Source: a virus. Taken from it: 64,000 nucleotides of DNA. Made by a program: the position numbers and the translations under genes. Positions 20,637 through 31,691 of this stretch are shown here, one piece after another. Positions within the stretch are counted from its first letter, which is position 1; each line of letters starts with the position of its first letter. Where the stretch lies: IMG/VR virus record IMGVR_UViG_3300023284_001318, positions 600 through 64,599 of that record, one strand, 5' to 3'. The notes under the pieces were generated by a model. It saw only the letters and a list, made by a program, of their open reading frames with translations, did no database searches and had not been told where the DNA came from.

Positions 20637-21021
20637 ACTACTATTCATCTTTTTAGCTGTACTCATCTTCCTCACCCTCTTCAACACCCTGCGTCTGTGG
20701 GGCAACCACCTATTTTCAAAAGGCCGTGTCGTAGAAGCCTTAGTACTTGAACCCTATAATTATCTCTATCATTTTGCCGCTGGGACCGCCTTGCTGCAAT
20801 CCAAACAAAGCGGTCTGGCTGTGAAGCATTTAGAGAGGGCTGTCAGCCTCAATCCTAGTTATACAGATGCCTTAAACAACCTTGCCGTTGCCCTAATTAT
20901 CGAGAAAAGATACGATGAGGCTCGCAAGGTATTAGCCGCTTTAAAACGCAAGGATGCAAAGGATGGGTATGGTAGGCAGAATTTAGAGGTGTTGGAGAAG
21001 ATGATGAGAAAGGAGCGATAG
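20629..21021 (+). CDS. membrane-anchored TPR protein
   Basis: N-terminal TM; AVKHLERAVSLNPSYTDALNNLAVAL. Confidence 0.8.
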   Translation: MDKLLFIFLAVLIFLTLFNTLRLWGNHLFSKGRVVEALVLEPYNYLYHFAAGTALLQSKQSGLAVKHLERAVSLNPSYTDALNNLAVALIIEKRYDEARKVLAALKRKDAKDGYGRQNLEVLEKMMRKER

Positions 21022-21733
21022 AATGGGAACACTTGGAGATCAATTACCAGAAGAACAAGCTAGGGTCAGAGAGATCCTTGGTCACTATAAAGCTGTTGGG
21101 CCTCCTGGAAAGTTTGGTGCAGCAATAATTGAACAGGTGTTACAGAGGGCCGATAAAGCAGTTATCGGTGGCGATATCGTAGCCATGCTTGCATCATATA
21201 AGGAACTGAAAGAAATCGAGGATTGAGATGTTTGCTGAATGGCTTTGTGGTACCTGCTATCCGAGGATCGTTAAGGGTACCTACGGCAAGGTCATTATCC
21301 ATGGATTGAATTTTCATAAATTAGGATTTAAAGAAGCAAGAAAGAATCTTACTTTAGAAAGTGAGGCGAAGAAATGGCAGGAGAAAAAGATAGCAAAGAG
21401 CCCCGAGACGAGACTGGAGAAGGGCAGCCCCGGGACGACCCCGACACGGGGCAGCCCCGAGACGAGACCGGCGACTGGCGCAAAGGTGGGAACGGAGATG
21501 GGAAAGAAACCGGCGGACCCGTAGGCATGAAGGTAGGGGTAGAGCCCCCTGGGGTAGTGCGGGTTAAGTTTGATCGGCCCATAGAGACCATGATTCTGCA
21601 GCCCTTAGAAGCTTTAATGCTTTGCCAGGTCTTGCTTCAAAATACCATTATGTGTGCTAACGTGAAACCACCTCCAAAGGATAAGGGTAGGATAATATTG
21701 CCTTCTGGATAGGTTTGTAGGACAATACTCCCC

Positions 21734-22090
21734 ATGCCTTGGCCCCCAGATACACCAGCTCCTCAACTTAGTCCGAAGTTACTGACTAGGGAGGATGTAA
21801 GAGAAAGAATCAATTCTGTCTTGGTAAAAGGATTCAGTCTTCAGGAATTGATTTTCTCCGATAAGCCCGAAGATATAGAAAAGCGTCGATGGCTCTTTGA
21901 GAATTATCCTGAAGAAATTCGTACTCAGATAGCTTGGTTTTTTAAGTACCTCGACCGCGCCATGCCGGCTCGTATTATACACGAGTCAGGGGGTAGTTCT
22001 CGTAAACGAATTACACCGGAGGACATCGAAGGGTTAAATTTGACTCCGGAGCAATTAAAGAAGTTGGCGGGGATAAAGGAGATAGAGTGA
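21734..22090 (+). CDS. hypothetical protein (possible terminase small subunit)
   Basis: position upstream of terL only. Confidence 0.3.
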   Translation: MPWPPDTPAPQLSPKLLTREDVRERINSVLVKGFSLQELIFSDKPEDIEKRRWLFENYPEEIRTQIAWFFKYLDRAMPARIIHESGGSSRKRITPEDIEGLNLTPEQLKKLAGIKEIE

Positions 22091-22342
22091 GTGAGCGAGT
22101 AAAAATCAAGGTTAATAATTTGTGTGAGATGAACGAGTTGCTCAATGCATATAATTGGCCTGCTGAGATGTTTCTTCCCAATAAGGTTTTTGAATTAATA
22201 AATTTTCGTTCGCAATCTACTGCTCGTGGACTTGATATGGCAACCGGGGTTCCTTTTGTTTGGTTTTCTGGTACTAAACTTAGGCCCTCTAAGCGTACTA
22301 AGAATATTGGGATTGTTGATCTTTCTGACGCTGAGGTGATAG

Positions 22343-22528
22343 ATGCCCCTCCTTAAAGGTACACGCTTCAGAGTTAAGACCACAAGAAGCGGTAAACGAA
22401 TTCGCCTTGCTTTCAAAGGTGGCAAGGTGATTGAGGCAAAGAACATAGACTCAGGAGCTACTCATACTCCGCGAGAGTTTAGGGCCGACCGTAGGCGGCG
22501 CAAAAGAAAAATCCGATCAAGGAGGTAA
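22343..22528 (+). CDS. small basic Arg/Lys-rich protein
   Basis: composition and GAGG RBS. Confidence 0.5.
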   Translation: MPLLKGTRFRVKTTRSGKRIRLAFKGGKVIEAKNIDSGATHTPREFRADRRRRKRKIRSRR

Positions 22529-22981
22529 TCATGCCGTTTGATAAACACAAAGGCAAAGAGCGAAGACAAAAAATGCGGGAGCATAAGAGAAAACTCAAGA
22601 ACAAAAGAAGGGTGAGATCGGAGCGATAACATGACCCCCGCTATTACCATTATTGTCGCTATCCTTGGTCTTCTCTCTGCGGTCACCCTTCTTGCCTCAG
22701 CCTTCTTGTTTCTGTATGCCGCAAGAGAGTTCAGAAGGATCCTCGACTGGCTCCGTGAGTTTACTAAGATGTATCTTGGGGTGGAGATTGAGGCGGGGAA
22801 AAAAGAACCTGGTGAGGGGTTTGTGAAGTATGAAAAAATGTGGGACGAAGAGAAGGATGGAAGAGGTTAGAGGGTGTGCCGCTGGCTCTTATCGTTTTAG
22901 TGGGTTTATTACTTTGCGGCAATGGGTTGCGGCATATGACCGGACAACGAAAAAGACTTGGGAGAAACGTGATGCTAAGTA

Positions 22982-24751
22982 GTGCCTGAACTTACCGACA
23001 ATATTCTCAATTCTGAAGAGACCCTCTCTGCTGCCAAGCGCCTTTATTATCGTAGTTGGCGTGGCATCGCTGATTTTTTTCAACAACAATTAAAGATAAC
23101 GACTAAGAGTGTTGGGGTTGAAGCTAAAATTCCCTTTATACCAAACCCTGTTCAACTCCCTGTTCTTAAAGATGATATTGAGCAACTTCGGACTCGCGGC
23201 TATATCCGTGATCTGATTGCCAAGTGTAGACAACCAGGTGGATCTACTCATGCTTCGGGCTGGGTTTGGAATCGTGTGTCTTTGTTCGATGGTATCTATG
23301 CCTTTATCGTAGCGCAGGATTTAGGTACCGTTAAGCGGATTTATTCCATGCACGATGTCTTTTGGAAGAACATGGGAGAGGATATTCGACCTCCCCTTAA
23401 GTCTTATTCGACAGGTTCTGAAATGGTTTTAGGGGAACCTGGAGATAGAGATACCGGGCTTGATTCAAGGTTTTTAGTGGGAGAGGCCAAGAATATCCAT
23501 TTAGGGGTTGGGAGAACGATACACTGTCTTCATATGTCGGAAATTTGTCGGTATCCGAGTTCCGATCCAATTAAAGAATCCCTGATACCTGCCTGTTCCG
23601 ATGCTAAAGGAACTGTGAGGATTATCGAATCTACGGCTCATTTTGGGGGTGGTGCCGATTGGTTTCATTATCAATGTGATAAAGCGATAGCCGATAAGAA
23701 GAAGGGGAGGAACAGCGAATATCATTTCCATTTTCTCGAATGGTGGAGACTGCCTGAATATTCAGACCCCTTAGAGAAAGGTGAGAAGTTAAAATTCAAT
23801 GTTGATGAAAGAGCGATTATTAAACAGCATAATCTTACACCGGAAAATATTAAATGGCGAAGAAGGAAACTTGACGAACTTGAGGGAGACATCAATTCAT
23901 TCTATTTAAGTTATCCGATGGATTATGAGGAGATGTGGATTACTAAGGAGAGTTCCGCTTTTTCACAAGAACGTCTCAAGGAACTTCACGCCATGCTCAA
24001 ACCCCCGATTAAAAGATTTCGTATTGAAGAAGGACAGATGTACGAACATGACCAGGGGGAATTAGAGGTCTGGACATTACCTCAACCAGGAAAAATCTAT
24101 GATGTTGGAGCCGATGTTGGGGGTGGGCACAGCGATGGTGATTGGTCAGTTGCGGAAGTTATAGAACGAGGAACGAATATCCAAGTTGCGGAATATAGGG
24201 CGCGTATTCTTCCGTGTGATTTTACACCGATCTTAGCAAAAATTGGACATTTTTATAACAATGCACAACTCGGTCCTGAGGTTAATAATTTCGGATTAGA
24301 AGTGATTGTTGAACTTAATAAGACTTATCCGAATATCTATTTGTGGAGGAAACAGGATAAGTTAGTGCCGAAAATGACTGGGGACCTGGGGTGGGATACT
24401 CAATATCAAAGTAAACTTATTATGGTTGGATTAGCTAATAAAAGGATTTACCATAGACAGGTGCAGATTTTCTCAAAGGTCCTTTGGGACGAACTTCATT
24501 ATTTTGGCCGCGACTATACGGACACAGGTAGAATAACCTACAGAGCTATAACGGGGCACGACGATACGGCGATGGCATGGATGATAGCTTTGAAGATATC
24601 CGATGATGAATGTTTTGGGGAGGCGTCCCAAGATATAGCCCCTGCACCCAAGGTACAATCTAGGGATCCTGCCACCTATGACTCAACTTGGAAAGATGTG
24701 TTGAACGGAAAATCGAATTATGAGAATATTACTGGTTCGTGGTCAGACTGA
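22982..24751 (+). CDS. terL: terminase large subunit
   Basis: AKCRQPGGST (Walker A), IIEST (Walker B), nuclease GADVGGG..D.S and GHDDTAMAWMIA. Confidence 0.92.
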   Translation: MPELTDNILNSEETLSAAKRLYYRSWRGIADFFQQQLKITTKSVGVEAKIPFIPNPVQLPVLKDDIEQLRTRGYIRDLIAKCRQPGGSTHASGWVWNRVSLFDGIYAFIVAQDLGTVKRIYSMHDVFWKNMGEDIRPPLKSYSTGSEMVLGEPGDRDTGLDSRFLVGEAKNIHLGVGRTIHCLHMSEICRYPSSDPIKESLIPACSDAKGTVRIIESTAHFGGGADWFHYQCDKAIADKKKGRNSEYHFHFLEWWRLPEYSDPLEKGEKLKFNVDERAIIKQHNLTPENIKWRRRKLDELEGDINSFYLSYPMDYEEMWITKESSAFSQERLKELHAMLKPPIKRFRIEEGQMYEHDQGELEVWTLPQPGKIYDVGADVGGGHSDGDWSVAEVIERGTNIQVAEYRARILPCDFTPILAKIGHFYNNAQLGPEVNNFGLEVIVELNKTYPNIYLWRKQDKLVPKMTGDLGWDTQYQSKLIMVGLANKRIYHRQVQIFSKVLWDELHYFGRDYTDTGRITYRAITGHDDTAMAWMIALKISDDECFGEASQDIAPAPKVQSRDPATYDSTWKDVLNGKSNYENITGSWSD

Positions 24752-24763
24752 AAAGGAGCAAAT

Positions 24764-25354
24764 ATGGAAGAGAAGAAGAACGAAGTCGGCAGTAAAACTG
24801 CCGGTGGAACAGACACGCCTAATCATGTAACAGAGGAGGAGAAGGGTACTCGCCTCCTCGACCGTGCCTTTGCTGTAATCCGAGAACACATTGATCGTGG
24901 TCATACTTTCACCTACTCTCAAATGGATATAGGCATCGAGATGTCCCTCCCTGTGCTCCCAAAACCAGAACAGGCATTATTTAAGGAAATCGCAAGGACT
25001 CATAGTGTCCCGCTATGGCAGGCAAATTGGGCACAATTCAGAAGGAGCCATGAGCAGGGAATGGCCTTTAACCTCTTTTTAGACCCAGGTTGGCGTTCCG
25101 GGGATCTCTATGGATTATCCCCTGAAGTCTGTGAGGAATGCGGGAAGACCTTTACCCCAGAGCGATTTAAATCTAAGTTATGCTCAAATAAATGTGGGGC
25201 TGAAGTAGAGCGGAAAAGGCTCGGTTTGCCAACGATAGCGGAGCAATTAAAGACGTTGGAGACAGAGAAGAGTCAGGAACAACGGGTGCAAGAGGAAGAT
25301 CAAGCGATGCTAGGGCAGAAGAAAGAAGGGCCGATTGCTTCGCCTGTAGTGTAA
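24764..25354 (+). CDS. hypothetical protein with zinc finger
   Basis: CEECGKTF...CSNKC. Confidence 0.6.
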   Translation: MEEKKNEVGSKTAGGTDTPNHVTEEEKGTRLLDRAFAVIREHIDRGHTFTYSQMDIGIEMSLPVLPKPEQALFKEIARTHSVPLWQANWAQFRRSHEQGMAFNLFLDPGWRSGDLYGLSPEVCEECGKTFTPERFKSKLCSNKCGAEVERKRLGLPTIAEQLKTLETEKSQEQRVQEEDQAMLGQKKEGPIASPVV

Positions 25355-25363
25355 GGAAGAAGG

Positions 25364-27118
25364 ATGCCAGTCCCCTACCAATCGGAAGAACGGCTGATCC
25401 AGTTCCTAGATTCGCTCAAAGAAGAGAGTTCCGGCAAGGCCGACCTCGACAAACGGTTTCCAGCTAATATTGATTTAGACCGTGGAAAAAGCTGGAAAGG
25501 TAACGAGGACCCTCTCTTTTTATTTAATATTATCGAAAGCGCCCTCGAAGATTTCACTGGAAAATTATCAGAATCCCGCCCTAAAATCTCTGTGCTTCCC
25601 AACCGAGATGGTCTCGATGATGCTGCAGAATTACTTGACAGCTCCATATCAAGTATCTGGGATCGCAACGAAGTGGAGTATAAGACTGAGCGGTTAGCTA
25701 AGTTTATGGCAATAGCCGGAGTAGCCTTCGTTGGAACCCCCTTTAATCGGTCTTTAATGAATGGTGTAGGGGACGTTGATTTCGTAGTTAAAGACCCTCG
25801 TATGTGCGGCGTGGATATCGGGGTCATGGAAACCGATAAGGTAGACCGGGGCGAGTATCTTATTATTGAAGACTTTGTGCCTCTTGATTCTCAAAAATTC
25901 TTATATCCAGGCCGAGCTTCCGAAATGAAACCAGATGAGCGAATTTCTGGTTTTGCTACCACTCCTGCTAAAAGTGCCGGACATATCCTTCGTGCAGCCT
26001 ATCAGCGATTTACCAAGGGCCGAGATGCAGAAAAAAGGTCGGCAATTCCGAAAGCGATTATCGAAGAAATTTATGTCCAGGATAGAAGGAAGTCCATGGA
26101 GGATCATGGGGTAGTGCCGATAGTGCAGGGTATTACTAAGCCAGCCAAGAAGGGCTTGCCGTTTCCTGGAGGCCGGCGGATTATTCGCCAAGGGGATTTA
26201 ATCCTTGAAGATTCATTCAATCCTTATTTTGATGGACTCTTTCCAATGGATATGGTTTCGGGAAAGATAGACCTTGAGACAGTCTGGGGTCCCGACGTAG
26301 TGCAGGGGATAAAAAGGCTTCAAGAAGCTATTAATAGGATCGGAGACGCTGTTGTACGAGTGACTGTTTTGAATAGCGTTGTGCGGGTTATCATGGATCA
26401 GGATGCCGTTAGCCCAGGGGAGCGCAACAAAATCTCTAATCAAGTTGGTCAATTCATAGAGAAGCGATTTGGCCGTACCCTTGAGTTCAATGTCCCGGCT
26501 GTGCTGCCGAGGGATGTTTTTGACCTTGTCCATCAATTAATCGCCATGGCTCGTGAGAAAGTAGGGGTGATTAGAAACCCGGCAATGAAGGACTTGCCTT
26601 CAATTGTTACCGGGCCTGCTATTGAGGGGTTGCAGTTAATGGTAGAGACACCAATCAGGACGGCGGCACGTAGAATAGAGGCGCTGTATCAGAGAGTTGG
26701 GCAGAAGTTCATATCCCGCATTTTTCAATTTTATACCTCTGATCGTCTTCTTCAAAGAATTGGGCCAAACAAGAAATGGATAAACTTTGAGTTTGTCAGG
26801 CGTAGCCTTATTATTGATCCGAAAACAGGAGCGCCGCGTACTGAGGAAGATATTCGCAAGGCGTATCAGGATTTTTACTTCGCCGTTGAGCCCGGTAGTT
26901 CGTTGGCCATTACTCGGGTACAAAGGGTAATGAGCGCAGCTTTCTTTGTGGAAAACGGCTGGTTACATCCTCGTGAAGTGCTTAAAGAGGCTGGTTATGC
27001 GAATCCAGATGAGAAATTAAAAGAGGCACAAGAGGCTGTTCAAAGTGGATTAATTAATCTTCGTGACGGCAAGAAGGGTAACGGGGCTGGTGCATCGTTT
27101 CCAGGGGGACAGTTATAA
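25364..27118 (+). CDS. portal protein
   Basis: 584 aa, directly after terL, helical portal-like sequence. Confidence 0.8.
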   Translation: MPVPYQSEERLIQFLDSLKEESSGKADLDKRFPANIDLDRGKSWKGNEDPLFLFNIIESALEDFTGKLSESRPKISVLPNRDGLDDAAELLDSSISSIWDRNEVEYKTERLAKFMAIAGVAFVGTPFNRSLMNGVGDVDFVVKDPRMCGVDIGVMETDKVDRGEYLIIEDFVPLDSQKFLYPGRASEMKPDERISGFATTPAKSAGHILRAAYQRFTKGRDAEKRSAIPKAIIEEIYVQDRRKSMEDHGVVPIVQGITKPAKKGLPFPGGRRIIRQGDLILEDSFNPYFDGLFPMDMVSGKIDLETVWGPDVVQGIKRLQEAINRIGDAVVRVTVLNSVVRVIMDQDAVSPGERNKISNQVGQFIEKRFGRTLEFNVPAVLPRDVFDLVHQLIAMAREKVGVIRNPAMKDLPSIVTGPAIEGLQLMVETPIRTAARRIEALYQRVGQKFISRIFQFYTSDRLLQRIGPNKKWINFEFVRRSLIIDPKTGAPRTEEDIRKAYQDFYFAVEPGSSLAITRVQRVMSAAFFVENGWLHPREVLKEAGYANPDEKLKEAQEAVQSGLINLRDGKKGNGAGASFPGGQL

Positions 27119-27123
27119 TAGTC

Positions 27124-27152
27124 TTGACAAGCGGATTTCAGGTATCTAGGAT
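27124..27152 (+). promoter_or_regulatory. sigma70-like promoter
   Basis: TTGACA-17-TAGGAT. Confidence 0.75.
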
Positions 27153-27211
27153 AGTTTTGAAGAGGTAGATTGCAAGTAGGCTGCGTTTTGCAGAGCGCAG
27201 TCGTGGGAATT

Positions 27212-27253
27212 GGAGCGACTCGGGAAGAAACTCTTGGGTCGCTCCTTTTTTTT
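27212..27253 (+). terminator. intrinsic terminator
   Basis: GGAGCGACTC...GGGTCGCTCC followed by T8. Confidence 0.8.
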
Positions 27254-27305
27254 GGGGACAGGGGGTTCTAATCCCGAGTTAGGGTTCCCTGGCCCTGGAG
27301 ATTGA

Positions 27306-27770
27306 ATGGCAATACCAGGACAACCAGCAGGACCAGGACAACCCGGACAAGCAGGACAACCAGGCCCCGGACAGGGTGGTGATCTTGCGAGCAAAATGAC
27401 TATCCTTGCGGGAACGGGATTTAAAGACTTCTTCGACATTATCATTAAGGCTCAAGCGGCGGGTATTGATATATCTCAGTTCATGTCTCAACCAGGCCTC
27501 CCTAAACTACTCATGGGTGTGGGACTAAAGAACGCTGCGAATAGCGAGAATCTACTCAAGCCATTAATGGAATCTTTCGACCCTCCTCCACAACAAGATC
27601 AAATCGACCCTCAACAAATTCAGGCTGCAATGCAGATGTTAAGCGCAAGGCTTGGGCCTGGGCTTCAAGGCGTACAGCCTCCCACGGGCGGTCCGCCGGC
27701 GTTGGGAGGGCCTCCCGGATTAGGGGCGCCAGGTGGCGGAGCAGGAATTCAACCCCAAGGAATAGTTTAA
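27306..27770 (+). CDS. Pro/Gly/Gln-rich virion-associated hypothetical protein
   Basis: ORF with PGQ repeats. Confidence 0.6.
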   Translation: MAIPGQPAGPGQPGQAGQPGPGQGGDLASKMTILAGTGFKDFFDIIIKAQAAGIDISQFMSQPGLPKLLMGVGLKNAANSENLLKPLMESFDPPPQQDQIDPQQIQAAMQMLSARLGPGLQGVQPPTGGPPALGGPPGLGAPGGGAGIQPQGIV

Positions 27771-27932
27771 AAATCAAGGAGGAAAGAAAATGGCCAAGGA
27801 TCTTTTAGGAAAACGGAGCGGCAAAGTGGCAGGACTCATGCGTCCCGATGGGATTACCAACTTCGTCGGGAGTAAGAAAAGCTCAAGTCATCTTGTGAAG
27901 AAACCCCGTAAGGTTCGTTCCCCGAGGTAGAT

Positions 27933-28301
27933 TTGGCACAACACGGATTTCCAGGATCGCCTGGGTTGCCCTCTGCGGGGCCGCCCATACCCTTTGACCC
28001 TCGGGGAGTAGGGGGTCCGCCCCAAGGGCTTCCGCCTTCGGTCGGTCCGCCCCCTGGTCTGTTTGGTATTATATCTCAACTAGCGGCCAGAGAGAGGCCA
28101 AACACATTGGACAAAATGAGGCAAGTTGTGGACCTGCTTGAAGAGGTCAGAGAACTTGACCCCAAAATAGCTAGTGTAGCGTCCATGATGATCCACCTAG
28201 CGAGGAATGGCCGTAGTGGCCTATCAGACTTTGAGAGCGACTCACCAGGAAAATTCCCTGAAGGAAAACTAGGGGCCGGTGGGGTCGTAGGGGGAGTATG
28301 A
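27933..28301 (+). CDS. Pro/Gly-rich hypothetical protein
   Basis: ORF in the head module. Confidence 0.55.
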   Translation: MAQHGFPGSPGLPSAGPPIPFDPRGVGGPPQGLPPSVGPPPGLFGIISQLAARERPNTLDKMRQVVDLLEEVRELDPKIASVASMMIHLARNGRSGLSDFESDSPGKFPEGKLGAGGVVGGV

Positions 28302-28486
28302 GGATAAGGCGTTCGGGAGCAGTTCAAAGTATGAACCAAGCGGTACCCGAGACAGATGGGCGAGGACCAAGTTTGCTTGCGCCAGTAAGCAGTTCTCAAT
28401 TTTTCAAAAAGGAGTTGAGACCAACTGTTCGGGAGTTTTAAATAGACCAACCTAGAACGGAGTCGAGACCAACCAAGGAGAAAGAT

Positions 28487-29386
28487 ATGCCGCCAGATGC
28501 AATTCAGCCAGGACAAAAAGTAGATACACCGCCTGTAGGGGTGCAGCCCGTAGTCGAGGAGCCAAAATGGCTTGCTGCGATTGGTGATGAGGCTATGCGG
28601 GAAGAGGCTAAAAAAGCGTATATGCTCAACGAAGACTACACCAAGAAGACACAAGGACTAGCCGAGAAAGAAAAGGTTTGGGGCGAGGAGCGTACCAAAT
28701 ACCAGGACATCGAGAAGAACTACAACACGATGAACGCCTGGTACCAGGGCGAATATCTGCCATTTCATTCACGCCTTACGCCCAAGTGGAAAGAGGTAGA
28801 TGCTTATCTCAAGGGAGAGGGGGCTCTACCTGCGAATGGCGCTCCGACTGCTCCTACGAATCCGCAGGACCCCTTTGATGGCTACGATCTTCTTTCTGGA
28901 GCCGAACAAGCTAATAAAATGGCTGAGCATCTGAAAACAACTTATTTCGATCCAAGACTTCAGGAGATAACACAGCAACGAGATCAATTTTATGCACAGA
29001 AGGAACAGGGGTGGGCTGGCTTTGTTCAGCGTTACAACGCTATCAATAACGACGCTATTCAAATAGCTTTGAAGGAACACAAAGCTGGTAGGGATTTTCC
29101 AATTCAGCAATATGTCGAAGAGCAACTCAAGATTTACAACGGGCAAGTAGACGCTCCGGCCCTGGCGTTTCAGAAAGTAACCGGGGATCATCGGCAAAAA
29201 GACTTGGAAAAGCAATGGTACGAGCAGGGAAAGAAAGACAGAGAACAGGAATACTTGAATCAGCAGCAGAATCCCGGCGCTTTATTGAATTCTACTGTTC
29301 CTATTTTTAAACAGCAGCCCAAAACTCGTGATGAGATTAACGCTATTTCTCAAAAGGTAGCTCAGGAAAAGAATATAGCTTGGTGA
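28487..29386 (+). CDS. capsid scaffolding protein (putative)
   Basis: charged helical protein immediately upstream of the capsid gene. Confidence 0.6.
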   Translation: MPPDAIQPGQKVDTPPVGVQPVVEEPKWLAAIGDEAMREEAKKAYMLNEDYTKKTQGLAEKEKVWGEERTKYQDIEKNYNTMNAWYQGEYLPFHSRLTPKWKEVDAYLKGEGALPANGAPTAPTNPQDPFDGYDLLSGAEQANKMAEHLKTTYFDPRLQEITQQRDQFYAQKEQGWAGFVQRYNAINNDAIQIALKEHKAGRDFPIQQYVEEQLKIYNGQVDAPALAFQKVTGDHRQKDLEKQWYEQGKKDREQEYLNQQQNPGALLNSTVPIFKQQPKTRDEINAISQKVAQEKNIAW

Positions 29387-29497
29387 GTGTCAGCGGATAG
29401 GGAAGGCTAACCGACAAGCGGGGTGTCCGCGCCCCGTTTCCGCTGATTGTAAATGCGGTAAACCCTATGCGGGGGGAGTAAGAAATGAGGAAAGACG

Positions 29498-30466
29498 ATG
29501 GCAGGCACTCCTCCGACAATAACGGAAACTTTAAACAATGTTGGTACCTCGACACTTGAAGCGAGACTTCCCGGATTAGTTGATGCGGTCTACAATTCTA
29601 ACCCATTAACTCAAACCTTACTGGCAGAAAATAGAATCACCCTGGATGGTGGACGCGATGTTCGCCAGAGAATCATCTATGCCAAAAAGCCCCACGGTTG
29701 GTACCGGGGGTTCGATACTCTAGGAACAGATCAGAAGCAGACCCGCACTGAGATCATCCTCCAATGGCGTTTGCACGAAACGCATATTTCTCTGTCTGGC
29801 GAAGACCTGATTAAAAACTCAGGGGGTAGGGCTATTTCTGATTTGGTGCATGACGAGATGGACGAGGCCGAGATGACCTCTGCCGATCAGTTGGGTACGG
29901 AGATTTTTAATTCTGGTGGCGATGCAGCAAAAATCATTGGACTTCGGGCGGCGGTTGATAACGGTGATCTGGTTGCGAGCTACGGTGGGATTACTCGGGG
30001 TAGTACGGCAGAGACTCCGGGTCTAGCGGTTAGCGGTAACGTGACTACGACTGCGATTACTTTCAATTTGGCCGATATGAATACCCAGTTTCAAAATGCC
30101 GTGGTGGCTAAGGAAAAGCCTAATCTCATTGTGACTACTCAGGCAATCTGGAACAAATGGTGGGAGCGTGCCCAGCCGGCACAGCGGTTTGGAGAGAAGG
30201 ATGGTAATCGGCCCGTGAAGGTTGGATTTCCGCAGATTGAGTTCAACGGAGCGGGAGTTATGGTGGACTCGCACTGTCCGACTTCTAGCGTGTATTTCCT
30301 GAATACCAAGTGGATCAAGATGGTCATGCACAAAGATCGTATGTTCGCCTTATCGGGGTGGATGTTTCCAAGTAACCAAGATAGTGCTATCCAGAGAATT
30401 TACCTTGCGATGGTTTTGATGGTTACCAACCCGAGACTTCAGAATCTCGCTACGAACGTATCGTAG
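29498..30466 (+). CDS. major capsid protein (HK97 fold)
   Basis: 322 aa; DAVYNSNPL...GGRDVRQRIIY and FNGAGVMVDSHCP; position. Confidence 0.85.
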   Translation: MAGTPPTITETLNNVGTSTLEARLPGLVDAVYNSNPLTQTLLAENRITLDGGRDVRQRIIYAKKPHGWYRGFDTLGTDQKQTRTEIILQWRLHETHISLSGEDLIKNSGGRAISDLVHDEMDEAEMTSADQLGTEIFNSGGDAAKIIGLRAAVDNGDLVASYGGITRGSTAETPGLAVSGNVTTTAITFNLADMNTQFQNAVVAKEKPNLIVTTQAIWNKWWERAQPAQRFGEKDGNRPVKVGFPQIEFNGAGVMVDSHCPTSSVYFLNTKWIKMVMHKDRMFALSGWMFPSNQDSAIQRIYLAMVLMVTNPRLQNLATNVS

Positions 30467-30920
30467 TAACGAAAGGGGAATTTGTTGGTGAACCAACTTC
30501 CCAAGAAAAATAATCAGCTCCCTCCTTCTCTTCAATGGCTTATGCCCAAGAAAGGGAAGGAGGGAATGAAGCGTGTTGCGAATGATTCAACATTGTTTGT
30601 TCAGATTGAGCATCAAATAGACAGGCGAGTTCCGTGTTTGGCGATTGCTCGAATGTGTATTCATGCAGCACAAGACGGGAGGTTTGGCAATATTTGTGTT
30701 TTGAGGGGCGTTACTCATAGGCATAATTTTAGAGTAATGGATCTTATGAAACGCTATAAAGTATGGAGCGGTCAGTCGCTAACTGGCTTCAAGATGCGAC
30801 CTGACTGTTGGTTTGATACTAGGAAAAAATTCTGGGTCGTTGGAGCGAAGCCTAACCCACAAGCAAAAGTTCTCACTGCCGTAAACCAATGAGCGGTTGT
30901 TTTGAGAAAGGAGAAATGAA

Positions 30921-31691
30921 ATGGCTCTAAGAACAGTTGATGCAGTTTTGAGTTTGGGTCATCTTTTGCCCCTCGCACAGGAGGACCTCAAGACTACTAC
31001 TGATTCTCCCTCAATTAAGTTGGGAACTATTAGTATGGTTTCTGATGCTTTTGGTATGTTGAGGATTTTCCGTTATGTTCGACTCCTACAGTCTGGAGGC
31101 ATGACAGAAGGGCAACTTTGTGCCCGTGTGGGTATTGTGACCGATACGATCACAGCGGCTTCGGGAGAAGTCAATGATACTACCAATGCGGCTGCGACTG
31201 GTATTTTTACCTCCGGTGATGAGGTGGGTAAAATCTTCCAGGTTAACGTCGCTGGTGCGGCTGCCCCGGAGGGTGAGAGCGCCCTGATTGTCAGCAACGA
31301 TGCCGATCAGTTGACCTTTCATGCAGACTATCCTCTGTCTACCGCAGTGGCCTCCGGTGATACTTTCAGCGATTGGTCGATTGCCCAATATGATGACGCT
31401 GTTGCTGGAGACGAACGGAGTGATATCGGCGGGATTGTTATGGGTAATTTTTCCGCCAAGGACTATGGATGGGCGCAACAGTATGGGTTCCATCCGTCTG
31501 CTGAGATTGCTGCCGCTAGTGATGCTCCTACCGCTAGTGCGGCGGGTGTGCCTGATGCTGCCAGTTTACAGGTCCGAGGGTCTGAGACCAACGAAGAGTT
31601 TCTTGGTTATTTTCCGATGGCTACATCGACTACTGCAGTAGCGGCGGCATTCGTTATTGACGTTTGGCATCAGAGTGAAATAATCGACTAG
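30921..31691 (+). CDS. capsid decoration/minor capsid protein (putative)
   Basis: Ala/Gly/Thr-rich, follows the MCP; YGWAQQYG. Confidence 0.5.
   Translation: MALRTVDAVLSLGHLLPLAQEDLKTTTDSPSIKLGTISMVSDAFGMLRIFRYVRLLQSGGMTEGQLCARVGIVTDTITAASGEVNDTTNAAATGIFTSGDEVGKIFQVNVAGAAAPEGESALIVSNDADQLTFHADYPLSTAVASGDTFSDWSIAQYDDAVAGDERSDIGGIVMGNFSAKDYGWAQQYGFHPSAEIAAASDAPTASAAGVPDAASLQVRGSETNEEFLGYFPMATSTTAVAAAFVIDVWHQSEIID

Noticed and set aside
21398-21480. AGCCCCGAGACGA repeats as a guide array
   Set aside because: Only three irregular copies, consistent with PRDETG peptide repeats in ORF 21374-21712.
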